From Bdellovibrionales bacterium (GTDB taxonomy: Bacteria > Bdellovibrionota > Bdellovibrionia > Bdellovibrionales > JAUICD01), in NCBI GenBank assembly GCA_965262715.1, contig OZ253553.1, positions 32,001-96,000 of the forward strand: 64,000 nucleotides of DNA. The letters run 5' to 3'. The notes beneath the pieces are model-generated. The model was given only the letters and a program-made list of their open reading frames with translations. It was not told the DNA's origin and ran no database searches. This document shows, piece by piece, positions 63,023 through 64,000 of the stretch. Both the position numbers and the translations under genes were made by a program. The first letter of the stretch is position 1. Every line of letters starts with the position of its first letter.

Positions 63023-63243
63023 CAGAAAGAGAAGTTTCTGCAGCTGTAAAAGTAATTGAAAAAGTAACAGGAAAAAAACGTAAAGTAAGAGGAAGACCCA
63101 TAAAAGTAGAAAAAAACAAATATGTTCCTATTTCTATCAGATTACATCCAAGAGTTTTAAAGTGGGCTAAAAAAGAAGCGAAAGAAAAAAAAGTTGGTTA
63201 TCAAAGTATCATAAATGAGGTGTTAATAAAAAAATCTATTTAA
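63023..63243 (+). pseudogene. brnA: 5'-truncated brnA copy without toxin
   Basis: Closely matches ~8940-9161 (TEREVSAAVKVIEKVTGKKRKVRGRP...KKSI*). Confidence 0.8.
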
Positions 63244-63424
63244 GTTTCAACAATCTAGCTTCATGATAAGTGAATATCAAAGCAGCAAATAAAACAAATG
63301 ATACATTATGTTTCTTAAATCATCAAAAGGGTAACTTTGTGTTAGTGAGTTTTCTAGCAAGGTCTTCTAATGATGAAAGTCTTTTTTTTAATGCCCTTCT
63401 TCTCAACATTAAATAAAAACTCTT

Positions 63425-64000
63425 TTAGTTTCGCTGAGCGGCATTTAAGGTATTTATCATTTCATCTATACCCATAATTCTATCTAAAATAGCAAAGCGA
63501 TGATGATAGTCTGTTGCAGCAGCCTCTGACTTGAACAAATATGGGTCATTATAAAACCCTCTATACGTTGTTAAATAAATAGCCACTGTTTGAGCAAAGT
63601 CTTGCTCAATATCATACTCTATCATCTTCAGAAAGCCTAATCTCGCCATAAGTGAAGGTACCATCTCTTACAATAGCATCATGCCACTCTTGGCTAGAAT
63701 AACCAGAACCAGGGTGCCTTGCAATTAAATGTCCCAATTCATGTCGCATTGTTTGAGTAGCTTTAGCTCTATATCTTGCATCTTGGAAATCATAATAGAA
63801 ATCGACTTGAATTGCGTTATAAATAAGATAAGCAATACCACTGTCATCATTATTGATAACTCTTGGTGACAATTGAGGAAACATTTGTTGTAGCCAGGTG
63901 TTCTCGAGGCTCTCATTAAAATCAGGTATAAAACTACTTGAACTAGCTAAAAACTCACCACGGTTTCTATGAGAATCAACTTCCCTTTTTATCTTAATAA
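63425..64000 (-). pseudogene. Second copy of the HExxH peptidase-like gene, frameshifted, running off the window
   Basis: Near-identical to 56846..57421; frameshift near 63615. Confidence 0.7.

Noticed and set aside
6549..63425. Classical integron
   Set aside because: No intI gene in the window; the boundary repeat is ~450 bp and I could not find RYYYAAC/GTTRRRY attC architecture; cargo lies on both strands

Overview
AT-rich bacterial accessory region with no housekeeping, rRNA, tRNA or cas genes. The 'AFQNC' lipoboxes suggest a Bdellovibrionota/Oligoflexia-like host (inference). The dominant structure is a module present four times. Each copy has a large Cys-rich repeat lipoprotein gene (-, 780/1082/1074/869 aa, near-identical N-terminal half, variable repeat C-terminus), a conserved ~400-bp leader with two 24-bp palindromes, and a tandem array of a 231-bp non-coding unit (2, 4, 2 and 8 units). 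The unit folds into a multi-stem structure supported by compensatory substitutions in diverged solo copies. Different cargo follows each module. A second, ~450-bp direct repeat (about 12 whole or partial copies, all in one orientation) separates cargo blocks throughout the window, like a cassette array. Cargo is mostly toxin-antitoxin or defence-like: BrnTA, three AbiE loci, two RelE-type pairs, an IetAS-like AAA+subtilase pair, RES and HEPN proteins, and a possible chaperone-antitoxin-ART triplet. It also includes secreted ankyrin and HTH proteins and IS3, IS30 x2, IS256, IS1595 and IS1634 elements. Many genes are broken by single lesions. All family calls are from motif recognition by eye, with no database search.
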